Origin: Chromera velia
Taxonomy: Eukaryota
Direction of reading: 5' to 3'
Assembly (NCBI GenBank): GCA_018398765.1
Contig: JAHBMJ010000488.1
Coordinates: forward strand, 1 to 64,000
Length of the DNA: 64,000 bases
Part shown: positions 62,601 to 64,000 of the stretch, in pieces
Layout: every line of letters starts with the position of its first letter
How positions within the stretch are numbered: position 1 is the first letter of the stretch
Made by a program: the position numbers and the translations under genes
The notes under the pieces: generated by a model
What the model was told of the DNA's origin: nothing
Databases searched by the model: none
The model's input: the letters and a program-made list of their open reading frames with translations, nothing else

Positions 62601-64000
62601 TCATCCATTCATCCGTTCCTTCATTCATCCAGTGCTTTCACTTGTTTAGTCAGTTTCGGAGGGAGGGAGGGAGGCAGGGAGGGAGAAAGGGAGATTTCGT
62701 GTCAACAGCTGCAGTGAAGCACGTGGAGAGAGACAGATAGGCGCATGCAATGCAAGGGCATGCCTCGAGGAGGAACTCAAGAAGCTGTGTTCCCTTTCTT
62801 TTGGGGACAGGACACACACGCACACACGCACACATACACACACGGCCAACAGGCTGCTGACCGTCTCTTGGCGATTGTGGCTTCGGAGGGGTTGTTGGCG
62901 GCGTAGTAGTAGAGGTTCGGGGTTGTGCCGATGAGTTTGTCGGGGTAGCATCCTTCGGACATGCCCACCTGCTTGCCGGGCATGAACTCCAGAGAACCGT
63001 GGGTACCGAAGTGGAGGACTGCGTCGGCACCGAAAACCTGCAATTTCAATTCCAATGTAAGTGCGTCCGTTGACGGGGGGCGGGGGCTTCGGGGAAGGCA
63101 CCAAAAAAACACAATACATCAGACGTGCTTGGGGGAAGGAAATTCAGGGTGCACCGAATAACCAATCGGCCTGCGGGGCGTTCAAGACTCAGGGCAGCCG
63201 TCTCTCTTTCTCTTTCTGACTTATGCACGATACACAAGTTGGCAAGAAGGCGATTCGCTCTGTAGATTCATGTATCGGTTCCTCGGTGATTGCTTTTGTT
63301 TGCCTGTATTTACTTTCATACAGAATTCTTTTTCTGGATGAAAGTAAATACAAAAACAATTAAAACGGGTTCCTCGGTGATTGCTTTTGTTTGCCTGCCG
63401 ACCTTCTCGAGATAGGTGTAGTAGGCGGCAAATCCGTGGTGGGGGGAGGCGGACTTTGCGAAGAGGAGTCTCATCGGATCGCCCTCGTACCCGAAGGTCG
63501 GCTGGATGCCAATGAAGACGTTGCCGAACTTGACACCAAGCACCAGCATGTTCTGACCGTCGCTGTTCAAGTTCCCGGGAGCAGGGCCCCAGTTCTCCTC
63601 CAACTCCTGAAAGAAGGAAAATTACATGCGTTTATTTTCATCCAGAAATGAAAAATGAAAATAAAAAATGAATTCTGTATGAAAATAAACGCAAGCAGGG
63701 CCCCAGTTCTCCTCGAGCTCCTGGAAGAAGAAAGAGAGAAAGAAGGAAGGAAAAAGGGCAAGAGATTTCATTCATACTGTGAGTGAAAAGGGAACCAGTC
63801 CAGTTCCTCGGCAGCCACGGGAACGGCGAGGGCGTAGATGGATTAGCAAGAAGGGCAGACAGAGTGTTAGGCAGAAACATCGGAACGGATGCTGACTGAA
63901 GAGAGAGAAGCAGACCGACCGACCGACCGACCTTGTAGTAGGGTGTGAGTTCCTTGTACTCCTTCACGGGCATTTTGTACGCCACGTTGAGTGTGGGGGA
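59353..64000 (-). CDS. chlH: Magnesium chelatase subunit H, 3' portion (5' end lies beyond the window), multi-exon
   Basis: Motifs [95 protein letters not shown] and [10 protein letters not shown] at 59353-59355. Confidence 0.97.
62415..62630. repeat. (ATTC)n intronic microsatellite running up to a splice acceptor
   Basis: Directly visible. Confidence 0.95.
63306..63351. repeat. Hairpin element (20-bp arms, 1 mismatch) between 30-bp direct repeats
   Basis: GTATTTACTTTCATACAGAA-ttcttt-TTCTGGATGAAAGTAAATAC; direct repeats at 63277-63306 and 63368-63397. Confidence 0.9.
63627..63693. repeat. Hairpin element (21-bp arms, 1 mismatch) between ~40-bp direct repeats
   Basis: TGCGTTTATTTTCATCCAGAA...TTCTGTATGAAAATAAACGCA; direct repeats at 63580-63620 and 63694-63733. 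Confidence 0.9.

Noticed and set aside
5630..64000. Functional clustering of plastid genes (LHC, YbaB, chlH) or Ca2+/centriole genes
   Set aside because: The genes are interspersed on different strands with no evidence of co-regulation; chance is a sufficient explanation.

Overview
Eukaryotic nuclear DNA that is intron-rich, with microsatellite-filled introns and GTCAGT/GTCGGT/GTGAGT donors. It comes from a photosynthetic organism with a complex plastid (signal peptide + AF-motif presequences). The style resembles a chromerid such as Chromera velia, but this is inference. Genes in order: a small two-exon gene resembling a phage/giant-virus hypothetical family (+); a 7-exon light-harvesting complex gene (-); two inverted paralogs encoding ankyrin repeats plus two calflagin-like EF-hand domains, flanking an intronless MYND-finger gene; a ubiquitin-like/WWE/PARP gene (+); a plastid-targeted YbaB/EbfC gene (-); a long Sfi1-like Trp-repeat gene (+); and the 3' part of Mg-chelatase chlH (-). 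The most notable unexplained signal is a conserved AT-rich hairpin (arm consensus ~GCATTTACTTTCATACAGAA). It occurs at six loci in four genes, each time between 12-41 bp direct repeats that copy or abut an exon boundary. The two paralogs also differ at eight intron positions, suggesting unusually active splice-junction and intron remodelling. Also present: a ~240 bp MITE, a dispersed purine-rich mini-repeat and AT-rich islands at gene 3' ends. Exon models were built by eye, and family calls come from recalled motifs, not database searches.
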